This document shows positions 31,454 to 40,424 of a DNA stretch of 64,000 nt, piece by piece; position 1 is the first letter of the stretch; every line of letters begins with the position of its first letter. A model generated the notes under the pieces. That model had not been told where the DNA came from. It ran no database searches and saw only the letters and a list, made by a program, of their open reading frames with translations. This DNA comes from an uncultured bacterium (lineage in GTDB: Bacteria > Omnitrophota > Omnitrophia > Omnitrophales > Abzuiibacteriaceae), in contig CAYLXA010000005.1 in NCBI GenBank assembly GCA_964387845.1, positions 96,001-160,000 of the forward strand, read 5' to 3'. The translations under genes and the position numbers were made by a program.

Positions 31454-32485
31454 TCAGCTCAAGCCCGCTTCGAACGACAACGTTTCTCGCTTCAATTCCT
31501 TTCGCAATTCTTTTTCCGTAGGCAGGTATAACTTATACTTTGACGCAAAGATTTGCTTACTTCCTTTCGGAAGCGTGTAGCGTACGACCGCTTCCTTCTT
31601 ATCCTCGCACAAAATAAGGCCCACTGTCGGCTGGTCGGTTTTTTGTTTCAACTCGCGGTCATAGTAATTCACATACATTTGCATTTGACCGATGTCTTGA
31701 TGAGTTAGTTTTCCGATTTTCAAATCAATCAGCACAAAGCACCTGAGCAGCGTGTTATAGAAAACCAGATCGATATAGAAATGATCCCCATCAAGTGTGA
31801 TCCTTTTCTGCCGGGCGACAAACGTAAATCCTTTTCCCAGCTCGAGCAAGAACTTGGAAAGATTATCAATCAGCGCTTGCTCCAGTTTGCTTTCATACAG
31901 CTTCGGGTTGGATTCAAGGCCGGTAAATTCCAGAACGTACGGATCTTTAATCATGTCCGTGTAAGTTCGAAGGTCCTGGCCTTTCTTGGCTAATTTGAAG
32001 AGCCCTTTCTTATCTTTGCTTAAAGAAAGCCGTTCAAAAAGCAGGGAACCCTTTTGACGCTCCAATTCCCGGACTGACCAATTGTTTTTGACACATTCAA
32101 TTTCATAAAAGGAGCGTGCCTCCGGTCGTTCGACGCGCATTAAAATCCGGTAATGTGTCCAGCTCAATTCGTGACGCAGTGCGTCACGAATTGGGAAGGT
32201 AAGATAAAACTGACGAATATATCGCAAATTCGAATCATCAAAGCCTCTCCCAAAATCTCTTGTTAGTTTTTCCGAAAGCGACTTCAATAACGTCTCACCG
32301 TAAGTGGCACGTTTTTGGCCTTTTTGTTCTTCTTCCACAATTTCACGGCCGATTAACCAATAGGCCTGCACCATTTCGGTGTTGACGGTACGCGCAATGT
32401 TGGAACGTGCCGATTCTATGATCTGACGGATTTTGGAATAGACTTGGTCTTGCTTTGAGTTTTTCTTTTGAACTTCTTGCGGCAT
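31454..32485 (-). CDS. DUF1016 / YhcG-like PDDEXK nuclease-domain protein
   Basis: '...ARTVNTEMVQAYWLIGREIVEEEQ...' has the YhcG/DUF1016 architecture, with an N-terminal helical part and a C-terminal PD-(D/E)xK-like part. Confidence 0.7.
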   Translation of the reverse strand: MPQEVQKKNSKQDQVYSKIRQIIESARSNIARTVNTEMVQAYWLIGREIVEEEQKGQKRATYGETLLKSLSEKLTRDFGRGFDDSNLRYIRQFYLTFPIRDALRHELSWTHYRILMRVERPEARSFYEIECVKNNWSVRELERQKGSLLFERLSLSKDKKGLFKLAKKGQDLRTYTDMIKDPYVLEFTGLESNPKLYESKLEQALIDNLSKFLLELGKGFTFVARQKRITLDGDHFYIDLVFYNTLLRCFVLIDLKIGKLTHQDIGQMQMYVNYYDRELKQKTDQPTVGLILCEDKKEAVVRYTLPKGSKQIFASKYKLYLPTEKELRKELKRETLSFEAGLS

Positions 32486-32814
32486 GAGTAATTTGCCCTC
32501 CCTTTTTTGGTAGCCCTTCCGCCTTTTGGCTTCAGGACGATGCTTCTAACTGCGTGAAGCATCGGGCAAATCACTTAATGTGGTGTCTTTATGCGATGAT
32601 CGCAACCCTGTCCCAGCGCCACTTTGAAACAAAAACTTGTTTCTAATCAAAGCGCTGGACTGGACTCATTTCCTATAGACCGAACGGTTCCATTAATGAA
32701 AATGAGTCCTGGTACTGCTTGATGCGAGAGTGAAGGATATCATATGTCCGGTCCGTATCAAAATGATTTTTTTCAGTTAAATTAATCCCGAAAGGGTATA
32801 TTTTATTAATTCGA

Positions 32815-32918
32815 GTTAAATATTATACCTTATAAGGTATAATATTTTTAAATTATACCAAAAAAGGTATAATATTTTACTAAAGTAGTTGATATTATAC
32901 CCTTAATGGTATACTATT
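32815..32918 (+). promoter_or_regulatory. Three TATACC-N5/6-GGTATA operator palindromes upstream of hipB
   Basis: 'tataccttataaggtata', 'tataccaaaaaaggtata' and 'tatacccttaatggtata'. The third overlaps the first in-frame ATG. Confidence 0.6.
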
Positions 32919-32923
32919 CTGCC

Positions 32924-33145
32924 ATGGATTACATTGGAGAAGAAATTCAAAATTTGCGTAAAAGAGCAGGGCTCACTCAACGAGAATTCGCGAAGCGAGT
33001 GGGTGTGGGGCTTAGATTTATTCGTGATCTTGAACAAGGAAAATCTACCGTACGGCTTGATAAGGTAAATCAGGTGCTTGAATTTTTAGGGCATCATTTG
33101 GAGATTGTTGCCAACCGTGAACGAAAAAATATTCAGAAAAGCTAG
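32924..33145 (+). CDS. hipB: XRE-family HTH protein, HipB-like
   Basis: 'LRKRAGLTQREFAKRVGVGLRFIRDLEQGK' is a Cro/C1-type HTH. It is the first gene of a three-gene hip operon. Confidence 0.75.
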   Translation: MDYIGEEIQNLRKRAGLTQREFAKRVGVGLRFIRDLEQGKSTVRLDKVNQVLEFLGHHLEIVANRERKNIQKS

Positions 33146-33461
33146 AGTTAACTACAAAGATGAACTTGCCGGTTATTTACAAGAAACCGAGAATGGTTTT
33201 CAATTTCTGTATGATGAAAATTATTTGCGTTCCGGCGGACAGCCAATTTCTGTGTCACTTCCTTTAACGAATGAGCCTTACGAATCAAAAGAGCTTTTTA
33301 GTTTCTTCCGCGGACTTTTGCCGGAAGGTTGGTACCTCGATATCGTGAGTGCGGCTAAGAAAATCGATACCAATGATTCTTTCGGCCTGCTTCTGGCTAC
33401 CACAGGCGACACGATCGGCGCAGTGACCGTATATCCAATCCGGGAAAGCGATGAGTCCTAA
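33117..33461 (+). CDS. hipS: HipS-like protein (stand-alone HipA N-terminal subdomain)
   Basis: About 115 aa, similar to HipA N-terminal subdomain 1. The start is uncertain (GTG at 33117 or TTG at 33105). It overlaps the next gene by 11 nt. Confidence 0.6.
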   Translation: MNEKIFRKARVNYKDELAGYLQETENGFQFLYDENYLRSGGQPISVSLPLTNEPYESKELFSFFRGLLPEGWYLDIVSAAKKIDTNDSFGLLLATTGDTIGAVTVYPIRESDES

Positions 33462-34311
33462 TCTGTTTGAAGAAATGTTTGGCACGAGCGAAGCTCCTAC
33501 AATCCCACTTTCGTTGAAGGATGTTCCTCTTCAAGCGCAAGTGATGGCGGGGTATATGTCCATTTCAGGGGTGCAGCCAAAATTGGTGCTGAAATTGGAT
33601 AAGCGTAAAAATGAGCTGACGGTGGCTCAGACGGATGGTGAATATATTTTAAAACCGCAAATCCCGCATTTCCCCCAGACGCCCGAAAATGAAAACTGCT
33701 GTATGGATATCGCTCAGGCGTTTGAGATTGAGGTGCCGCCCCATTGCCTTCTTCCACTGAAAGACGGAAGCCTGGCTTATGCGGTGAAGCGTTTCGATCG
33801 TGTGAGCGGCGAAAAAATCAATCAAGAAAGCTTTTATCAAATTCTTGAAAAAAGAGACAAATATATGGGCTCTCTGGAACAAATCGGTAACAGCCTGAAA
33901 CAAATTTCCGTAGTGCCGGGCCTGGATGTTCAGCTTTTCTTTGAATTAGTCGTTTTCAATTTTCTGATCGGCAATGGTGACGCGCATTTTAAAAATTACT
34001 CCATTTCTTATTTAAAGGATGGCATCCGGCTTTCTCCGGCCTATGATCTGGTTTGTTCCAAGCTGGTGATTCCGGGCGATTCGGATTCCGCACTCACGAT
34101 CAATGGCAAGAAGAATAATCTTAGGCGGGGCGATTTTGATGTGTTGGCTGCTTATTTAAAAATTCCGGAAAAGGTTCGTTACGATAAGTTTGCAGGTCAG
34201 CTTGGAAAAATGGAGCAATTGATTCGAGCCAGCCAACTCTCGGCAGATTTTAAAAAGACGTTTATTCAAATAGTTTCTTCACGTTTTGATCGGCTTAAAT
34301 TGGTGAATTAA
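33451..34311 (+). CDS. hipT: HipT-like Ser/Thr kinase toxin (HipA C-terminal kinase domain)
   Basis: 'LIGNGDAHFKNYSI' is the catalytic motif and 'SPAYDLVCS' is also present. At 286 aa it lacks the HipA N-terminal subdomain, which is supplied separately. Confidence 0.7.
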   Translation: MSPNLFEEMFGTSEAPTIPLSLKDVPLQAQVMAGYMSISGVQPKLVLKLDKRKNELTVAQTDGEYILKPQIPHFPQTPENENCCMDIAQAFEIEVPPHCLLPLKDGSLAYAVKRFDRVSGEKINQESFYQILEKRDKYMGSLEQIGNSLKQISVVPGLDVQLFFELVVFNFLIGNGDAHFKNYSISYLKDGIRLSPAYDLVCSKLVIPGDSDSALTINGKKNNLRRGDFDVLAAYLKIPEKVRYDKFAGQLGKMEQLIRASQLSADFKKTFIQIVSSRFDRLKLVN

Positions 34312-34480
34312 GCGCGCTGAGCCCGGCACGATTAGAACAGGTACCAAAACATTACAAAGTAGTTAATCTAATTTCCTTATATTCACAGTTAAAATATGTA
34401 TATTTATATACATATATATGTATTGAATAGTACATTTATATGTATATAATAATACATATTATATTTGACATTAACACTTT

Positions 34481-34909
34481 TTGAGGGTAGATTTTCTCGT
34501 ACCGGAGGAAGCTGAATATACTAGATTAGTCAAATTTATGACCGCGGCCGGCTATAAACAAGTGACAGGCTATGGTTGGCAGAAAAAAGGAGAGGCAATC
34601 ATTTTTGATCTTTATGTCGGTAATTCGGTTTATTCAACGGAATTATTGTCATCGCCGCTTGAAAAAGGCGGCCATCAGAAATTGAAGGAATGGAATAAAA
34701 TTTATTTAGGTGCTTTAAATCCGGTAGATCTGATTATTTCAAAAATGTTTCGCGGCAGCGAAGTGGATGTCCAGGACAGTTTAGCGTTACTCAAGCATGA
34801 GAAAATTAGTATTGAGGAATTAAAGAAACGATACATCAAAACAGCCAAATATGATGTAAGCGAAGACAGGGTATTGAAAAATTTAGATACATTACTCAGG
34901 AGGCTTTAA
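34481..34909 (+). CDS. Hypothetical protein, first gene of an uncharacterised two-gene module
   Basis: The ORF begins at a TTG, with an alternative ATG at 34538. An AT-rich palindromic promoter region lies upstream. No confident family was assigned. Confidence 0.5.
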   Translation: MRVDFLVPEEAEYTRLVKFMTAAGYKQVTGYGWQKKGEAIIFDLYVGNSVYSTELLSSPLEKGGHQKLKEWNKIYLGALNPVDLIISKMFRGSEVDVQDSLALLKHEKISIEELKKRYIKTAKYDVSEDRVLKNLDTLLRRL

Positions 34910-34911
34910 TC

Positions 34912-35583
34912 ATGGATAAAAGTGATTTGTTGGACCAATTGGCTCAGCATGGCTATTCATTGATGAAGCCAAAATCAGCCGAGCCGGCCGAAAAACTGCT
35001 GGAGGCATTGCTGAAGCAGGATGATGCGCGTCTTTTGGAGGGCTTTCCGGTGGTGTTGGCCAACGCGTTTGACCAAAAAGACGGCTTGACGTGGGAAAAT
35101 CCTAAATGGAATGCTGAGGAATGGCAGGGAAAAAACAGAAGAAAATTGGTGGCCATGCTGTCTTTTAGTTATTATTTGTTTCGTTTATTTGGATTGGCGG
35201 AGTCTGAAAAGAAAGTTTTAGATTTGGTCAAGAAATTAAAAGGGGATAAAACGCTTCTTCATTTAACCGAATCTTTTGCGGAGTCCAAAGAAGTAGACTT
35301 GGACGGTGTCTCGCTATCAACGGAAAGATTAAAAAGCGCTTTCCGCCAATATGTATTAACGTCGGATCAAGGCGACGAAGTCGAAAAAAAGAAACGCGCG
35401 TTGGAATTAGAGCTGCTGCTTTCCGAACTGTTCAGCACGCGGCAAAAAGAACTGCTTGAGAAGCGGCTTGGTGGGGAGGAATTCACCAAAACAGAGCGTG
35501 AATACTATTACCGCGTCGTCAAAAAACGCTTGAAAGCGCTCGCGAGTGACGAACTTCACCAGATGGCCCGTTCGTTGGTTTAG
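34912..35583 (+). CDS. Hypothetical protein, second gene of the two-gene module
   Basis: It starts 3 nt after the upstream gene. The C-terminal 'RQKELLEKRLGGEEFTKTEREYYYRVVKKRLKAL' looks helix-turn-helix-like. Confidence 0.55.
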   Translation: MDKSDLLDQLAQHGYSLMKPKSAEPAEKLLEALLKQDDARLLEGFPVVLANAFDQKDGLTWENPKWNAEEWQGKNRRKLVAMLSFSYYLFRLFGLAESEKKVLDLVKKLKGDKTLLHLTESFAESKEVDLDGVSLSTERLKSAFRQYVLTSDQGDEVEKKKRALELELLLSELFSTRQKELLEKRLGGEEFTKTEREYYYRVVKKRLKALASDELHQMARSLV

Positions 35584-35595
35584 GGCGGGGGGTGT

Positions 35596-35633
35596 GGCTT
35601 GAAGCTTGAAGCTTGTAGCCTGCAGCCCACAAT
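35596..35633. repeat. REP-like repeat, copy B
   Basis: 'ggcttgaagcttgaagcttgtagcctgcagcc'. Confidence 0.6.
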
Positions 35634-36020
35634 CCTATCCGCCGAGCCTTACCCCTTACCCCTAAGTTTCAATCTGGACACAAAGCTTTTTGAGGCATAA
35701 ATCCTACTTAAATTGTGCCTGTACCTGTCCACCAAAATGATGCCTGGCACCTTTCTGTTAAGGATTCATATGCAACTCCTTTTTCCTGTAACATCAGGAT
35801 ATCAGGTGTTGCACTAGTAACTTGAACTCAAGCAGGTACCGAAGTAGAAATCCACTTCCTATCCGCTATACGTTGTTCGCGAACCAATAAAATAGTTGTT
35901 GAAATATAATATAAAGATTGTAAAATAATTACCTCACGCAAACAGTAAACCCCTCTCACGCCTTCACGCGCAAAATCAAACTAATTTCGTAATGCGTTCA
36001 CAAGAAAGGCGGATTTGCCA

Positions 36021-36809
36021 ATGAAAAAAGAAAAACTCATTTCTCAGAGGGATGGTTTACCAATTCGTTCAAGCGGTCCTTGGATCCGCAAAAAACATCA
36101 CTATTTAATCAGATATGCTGACATATTTACCCGAGGGATGAAGAACAAATGGGAATTGACGTACCTTGATCTTTTTGCCGGGCCCGGATGCTGCTTAATT
36201 GAGAAAGAGATGATCGAATTAGCCGGATCTCCGTTACTTGCATTAGGTTTTGATTTTAGGAAATACATTTTTATTGAACAGGATCATGATGACCTTGAAG
36301 CATTGAAACAGCGGTGCTCAAAATCACCAAAACTAAGCCAGATTCAATTCATAGAAGGGGATTGTAATAAGAATATTGATCAAATTCGATTGACGGGATT
36401 AACGCTGGCTTTTATCGATCCAACTGGTATTGACGTTCATTTTGAAACGATTAAACGACTCACCTCTTTAGGGCCGGTGGACCTGCTAATAAACATACCA
36501 TTTCACATTGATATCAAGCGCAACTTCACGAAGTATATAAAAACCCAACATAAAAAATTGGATCTCTTTCTTGGCGGTAAGGTACCGTGGGATAAATTGC
36601 ATCAAGAAAGGGATGTTTTAGAGTTATACAAAAAGCGAATAAAGGATTTGGGGTATCAAACCGTAGAATACAGCGACATAGTTGTCAGTAATACAAACAA
36701 AGTTCCTATGTACTTTCTTTTCTTTGCGTCCAAGCATTCGCGTGGTGTAGAATTCTGGAAGAAAATTACCAAGAAAGACGAAACCGGACAACTGGAGTTA
36801 GAACTCTAA
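36021..36809 (+). CDS. Three-Cys-motif partner protein TcmP family (MTase-like fold)
   Basis: '[11 protein letters not shown]' resembles SAM-binding motif I. 'FIDPTG' sits in the place of a DPPY-like motif. The gene is adjacent to a Gp37/Gp68 (DUF5131) gene, which is the defining context of TcmP. Confidence 0.6.
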   Translation: MKKEKLISQRDGLPIRSSGPWIRKKHHYLIRYADIFTRGMKNKWELTYLDLFAGPGCCLIEKEMIELAGSPLLALGFDFRKYIFIEQDHDDLEALKQRCSKSPKLSQIQFIEGDCNKNIDQIRLTGLTLAFIDPTGIDVHFETIKRLTSLGPVDLLINIPFHIDIKRNFTKYIKTQHKKLDLFLGGKVPWDKLHQERDVLELYKKRIKDLGYQTVEYSDIVVSNTNKVPMYFLFFASKHSRGVEFWKKITKKDETGQLELEL

Positions 36810-36811
36810 GA

Positions 36812-37570
36812 ATGAGCGATAAATCAAATATCGAATGGACCGACGCGACATGGAATCCGGTAACGGGATGCAATAAAATCAGCCCCGGATGTAAAAACTG
36901 CTACGCCGAAACTTTCGCTGAGCGCTGGCGGGGAATTCCGGGCCATCCCTACGAACAGGGTTTTGACCTCAGATTATGGCCTGAGCGTGTCGGCTTGCCA
37001 TTATCGTGGAAAGAGCCGCGGATGATTTTTGTCAATTCCATGTCTGATCTTTTTCATAAAGATGTTCCGGATGACTTTATAGGGAAAGTATTTGAAACGA
37101 TGCTCAAAGCTAATCAGCATACTTTCCAGGTTCTGACCAAGCGGCCTGAGCGCATGGTTGAATGGACCAAGAAAACATTCGGCAATCAAAAATTACCGCG
37201 TCATATCTGGCTTGGTGTTTCGGTTGAAAACCAGGATTACGTATGGCGAATCATGTATCTTCAGCAAACACCGGCTCAAATCCGTTTTCTTTCGGTTGAG
37301 CCTCTTTTGGGGCCTGTTGTTTTAAAATCTTCAAATTTAAAAGGCATTCATTGGGTGATCGTGGGTGGCGAGAGCGGACACAGAGCCCGTCCTATGAATC
37401 CCGACTGGGCGCGTGATATCCGCAATCAATGCGAAAAATATGGCGTCGCTTTTTTCTTCAAACAATGGGGCGCTTTTAACGCGAAAGGCGAACGCGTTGG
37501 TAAAAAAGCCGCCGGCCGGGTTCTCGACCGCAGAACCTGGAACGAAATGCCAATTACAATCCCCGCCTAG
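36812..37570 (+). CDS. Phage Gp37/Gp68 family protein (DUF5131), three-Cys motif
   Basis: The N-terminus '[27 protein letters not shown]' is the family signature and includes a CX6CX2C motif. Confidence 0.7.
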   Translation: MSDKSNIEWTDATWNPVTGCNKISPGCKNCYAETFAERWRGIPGHPYEQGFDLRLWPERVGLPLSWKEPRMIFVNSMSDLFHKDVPDDFIGKVFETMLKANQHTFQVLTKRPERMVEWTKKTFGNQKLPRHIWLGVSVENQDYVWRIMYLQQTPAQIRFLSVEPLLGPVVLKSSNLKGIHWVIVGGESGHRARPMNPDWARDIRNQCEKYGVAFFFKQWGAFNAKGERVGKKAAGRVLDRRTWNEMPITIPA

Positions 37571-37596
37571 AATCCATCTCTCGTGGTTTAAACGAG

Positions 37597-37625
37597 AAGC
37601 TTGTAGCCTGTAGCTTGCAGCTTAT
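37597..37625. repeat. REP-like repeat, copy C
   Basis: 'gaagcttgtagcctgtagcttgcagc'. Confidence 0.55.
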
Positions 37626-37744
37626 CATCATGATATAATTCCTATCGCGACGGCGCCCACATTGACCGCCGCGTGATGGCACTTGCGCCAGCGTTACCGC
37701 AGGTGCCTGCGAACGAAGTGACGCAGAATAAAGCGCAAGTGTCT

Positions 37745-38092
37745 ATGTCCGACATCAAGAAACTCACCGAAAAGATCAAGCAATTCCGCGACGAACGGGA
37801 TTGGAAGCAATTCCACAACCACAAAGATATGGCACTTTCACTTGTTCTTGAAGCCGCTGAACTTTTAGAACATTTCCAGTGGAAAACATTGGATGAAGTT
37901 GAAAAGCACGTGAAAACCTCAAAAGAGGATGTTTCAGATGAGCTTGGCGATGTCGCGATCTATCTTTTCGAGCTCGCCGATAACTTAGGGATAGACCTAT
38001 CAGAAGCGGTAGAAAGCAAGCTTCTTAAGAATGCCAGAAAATATCCTATACAAAAATCTAAAGGCACCATAACCAAGTACAATCAATTGTAA
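37745..38092 (+). CDS. MazG-like nucleotide pyrophosphohydrolase (all-alpha NTP-PPase)
   Basis: 'ERDWKQFHNHKDMALSLVLEAAELLEHFQWK...ELGDVAIYLFELAD' is the MazG/dCTPase-like EExxE/D signature. Confidence 0.7.
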   Translation: MSDIKKLTEKIKQFRDERDWKQFHNHKDMALSLVLEAAELLEHFQWKTLDEVEKHVKTSKEDVSDELGDVAIYLFELADNLGIDLSEAVESKLLKNARKYPIQKSKGTITKYNQL

Positions 38093-38099
38093 AGATTAA

Positions 38100-38876
38100 A
38101 TGCCCGGCAATGAATCTGCAGTAATAAAGTATTTGTTCAGAAATAAGAATCGTCTCGAGTTACCTCATTTAGGTTTAATAAAATCAATTGGGTTTCCAAA
38201 TGGACTCACAAATAACTACAAAGAAATAAAAAATGAAAATGAAATTTTAGAATGTTGCTCAGACAATGCTCGAAAAAAAGCAGATGTCTATATTAATGGG
38301 CAAGGCGTATCAATAAAACAATCAGGAGGAAGTTTTTCTTTTAATCGTTTGCAGCGTGCCGAGTTAATAGAAGTTTTTGCTAGTTTAATTTTTGATGCCC
38401 CTCATAATGTTTTAACTCAATTAGATAAAGAAGTTGAAAAATTTCATTTTGGAAAATTATCAGGACGTGGTAGGCCGTGGAAAGATTTTTTCTCAAATAA
38501 AGAATTTTATGCTTTAACAAATGCTCTTATGATGTTGCAATCTCCAAATTATGGACTTTCTCTTCATCCCGCTAAATTTATTCTGGAGGCTTCAAAAAAT
38601 TTAACAACCAATCCGAGTTTAAAAGTTTATACTTTTGATGAATATTTTGAACGTTATAACGAGTTTTTCAGGATTGCTATAAGACGTGTTTGGTTGGGGC
38701 AGAATAGTAAATCTGAGCATGGCCGTGCAAAAAGTCTAATAGCAAAACCTGAGAATGCAACCTGGGTCTTTAATACAATTTCCGGAACGCCAAGAAGTGG
38801 TTGGAAAGTTGATTTTCCAAAGTCGGAAAGAAGAACTGTGTATTATTTGATGATAGAAAAAGTAAATTCAAAATGA
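38100..38876 (+). CDS. Hypothetical protein, putative type II restriction endonuclease by context
   Basis: Very AT-rich, with no family recognised. It directly precedes vsr and overlaps it by 4 nt, upstream of the dcm-type methyltransferase. Confidence 0.4.
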   Translation: MPGNESAVIKYLFRNKNRLELPHLGLIKSIGFPNGLTNNYKEIKNENEILECCSDNARKKADVYINGQGVSIKQSGGSFSFNRLQRAELIEVFASLIFDAPHNVLTQLDKEVEKFHFGKLSGRGRPWKDFFSNKEFYALTNALMMLQSPNYGLSLHPAKFILEASKNLTTNPSLKVYTFDEYFERYNEFFRIAIRRVWLGQNSKSEHGRAKSLIAKPENATWVFNTISGTPRSGWKVDFPKSERRTVYYLMIEKVNSK

Positions 38877-39301
38877 CATTTGTATTTCAAACGACAAGTC
38901 AACGCTCCGAGTTAATGAAAAAGATTAAAGGAGTTAACACTAAGCCAGAAATTGCTTTTGCAAAGAAACTTGAATTATACAAAGTCAAGTTTAGAAAACA
39001 TTTTAAAAAACTCCCTGGAGTACCGGATTTTGCTATTTTGAGAGGTAGAGTAGCGGTGTTTATCGATGGGGAGTTTTGGCATGGATACAATTGGGTTAAT
39101 AAAAAGAAAAGGATAAGATCCAACCGACAATACTGGATTAAAAAAATAGAAAGAAATATACTAAGAGATTCGATAAATATGAGAGAATTAAAGAAAATAG
39201 GTTGGTATCCTTTAAGATTTTGGCAGCATGAAGTTGTTGCTGAGGGTGATAAATGTATAAAGAAAATCGAAAAAATAATGCAGCGACGAAGTTCAAAATA
39301 G
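38873..39301 (+). CDS. vsr: Very-short-patch-repair endonuclease
   Basis: 'KPEIAFAKKL...PGVPDFAILRGRVAVFIDGEFWHG'. Confidence 0.85.
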   Translation: MTFVFQTTSQRSELMKKIKGVNTKPEIAFAKKLELYKVKFRKHFKKLPGVPDFAILRGRVAVFIDGEFWHGYNWVNKKKRIRSNRQYWIKKIERNILRDSINMRELKKIGWYPLRFWQHEVVAEGDKCIKKIEKIMQRRSSK

Positions 39302-40383
39302 CATCTTTTTTTGCTGGCTGTGGCGGCCTAGATTTAGGTTTCCAGCAAGCGGGCTTTGATGTTGTTTGGGCAAATGAATACGATAAAACAATTTGGGCTA
39401 CCTACGAACACAACCATCCTCATACGTTTTTATGCAAGAAATCTATTATCGATGTCAAATCAGATGAAATTCCAACTGTTGTTGGCATGATAGGTGGCCC
39501 GCCATGCCAAAGCTGGAGTTTAGCCGGAGCCATGAGGGGAGTAAAAGACCCGCGAGGTAAACTTTTTTATGAATACATAAGAATCTTGGCCGATAAACAA
39601 CCATCATTTTTCTTAGCCGAAAATGTTGCGGGCATTGTTTCTAGCACTCATGTGAATTCATTTGAAAATATCCTTAAAAAATTCGAAGAAATTGGTTACG
39701 TTACTTCATATAAATTGCTTGATGCAAAATCCTACGGCGTTCCTCAGGATCGGAAAAGAGTTATCATTGTAGGGTATTCTAAAGGTTTACATAAGAAATT
39801 TGAATTCCCGCAAGAAACTCATGGTGTAAATTCAGCGAATGGCGACTTATTCAAGCCACATTTAAAACCCTATGAAACTTTACGCTCTGCAATTGACGAT
39901 TTGCCTAATCCGGTGCCTGCTAGTTTGAAAAATAAGTCGAACAGCAGAATTCGTATTCCAAATCACGAATATATGACAGGAGGTTTTTCTACCATTTACA
40001 TGTCACGAAATAGGAGAAGAAATTGGAATGAGCCTTCATTTACAATTCAGGCGGGAGGCCGGCATGCACCGCTACATCCATCAAGCACTGAAATGATTAA
40101 AAAAGAGCCAGATTGGTGGGTATTTAAAAAGAAAGACAAAAAGGCTTATCGGCGAATGTCGGTAAGAGAATGCGCACGAGTTCAAACCTTCCCTGATAAA
40201 TTCATATTCAAATATGATTCAATTGCGGATGGTTATAAAATGGTTGGTAATGCAGTTCCCGTCGAGTTGGCGCGTGTTATAGCATTAAGAATAAAGTCAG
40301 ATTTGATACCAGAGAAAAATAATCTTAAAAGATCATCCCTTCGCAAAACACCCTATTCCGAATTGGTGTTAGCTTCCTCATAA
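39253..40383 (+). CDS. dcm: DNA (cytosine-5)-methyltransferase
   Basis: Motif I 'FAGCGGLDLGF', motif IV 'GGPPCQSWS' and 'ENV'. The start is uncertain and overlaps the vsr 3' end. Confidence 0.9.
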   Translation: MYKENRKNNAATKFKIASFFAGCGGLDLGFQQAGFDVVWANEYDKTIWATYEHNHPHTFLCKKSIIDVKSDEIPTVVGMIGGPPCQSWSLAGAMRGVKDPRGKLFYEYIRILADKQPSFFLAENVAGIVSSTHVNSFENILKKFEEIGYVTSYKLLDAKSYGVPQDRKRVIIVGYSKGLHKKFEFPQETHGVNSANGDLFKPHLKPYETLRSAIDDLPNPVPASLKNKSNSRIRIPNHEYMTGGFSTIYMSRNRRRNWNEPSFTIQAGGRHAPLHPSSTEMIKKEPDWWVFKKKDKKAYRRMSVRECARVQTFPDKFIFKYDSIADGYKMVGNAVPVELARVIALRIKSDLIPEKNNLKRSSLRKTPYSELVLASS

Positions 40384-40424
40384 ACCGTAAACTGGACACC
40401 GTCCGGCAGAAAAAAGGTTGTTGA

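Noticed and set aside
32906-32923. Upstream ATG at 32906 as the hipB start (MVYYSAMDY...)
   Set aside because: That ATG lies inside the third operator palindrome ('tatacccttaatggtatactat'). The ATG at 32924 is more plausible.
33105-34311. Considered hipA disrupted by a frameshift, which would make it a pseudogene
   Set aside because: The two ORFs overlap by 11 nt in a typical translationally coupled arrangement. Each begins with its own start codon, and the split falls exactly at the HipS/HipT domain boundary known from tripartite HipBST systems.
36812-37570. Considered a prophage, because the family is named 'phage Gp37/Gp68'
   Set aside because: There are no capsid, tail, terminase, integrase or lysis genes anywhere in the window. 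The neighbours are TA and RM genes, so it is read as a defense-island component.
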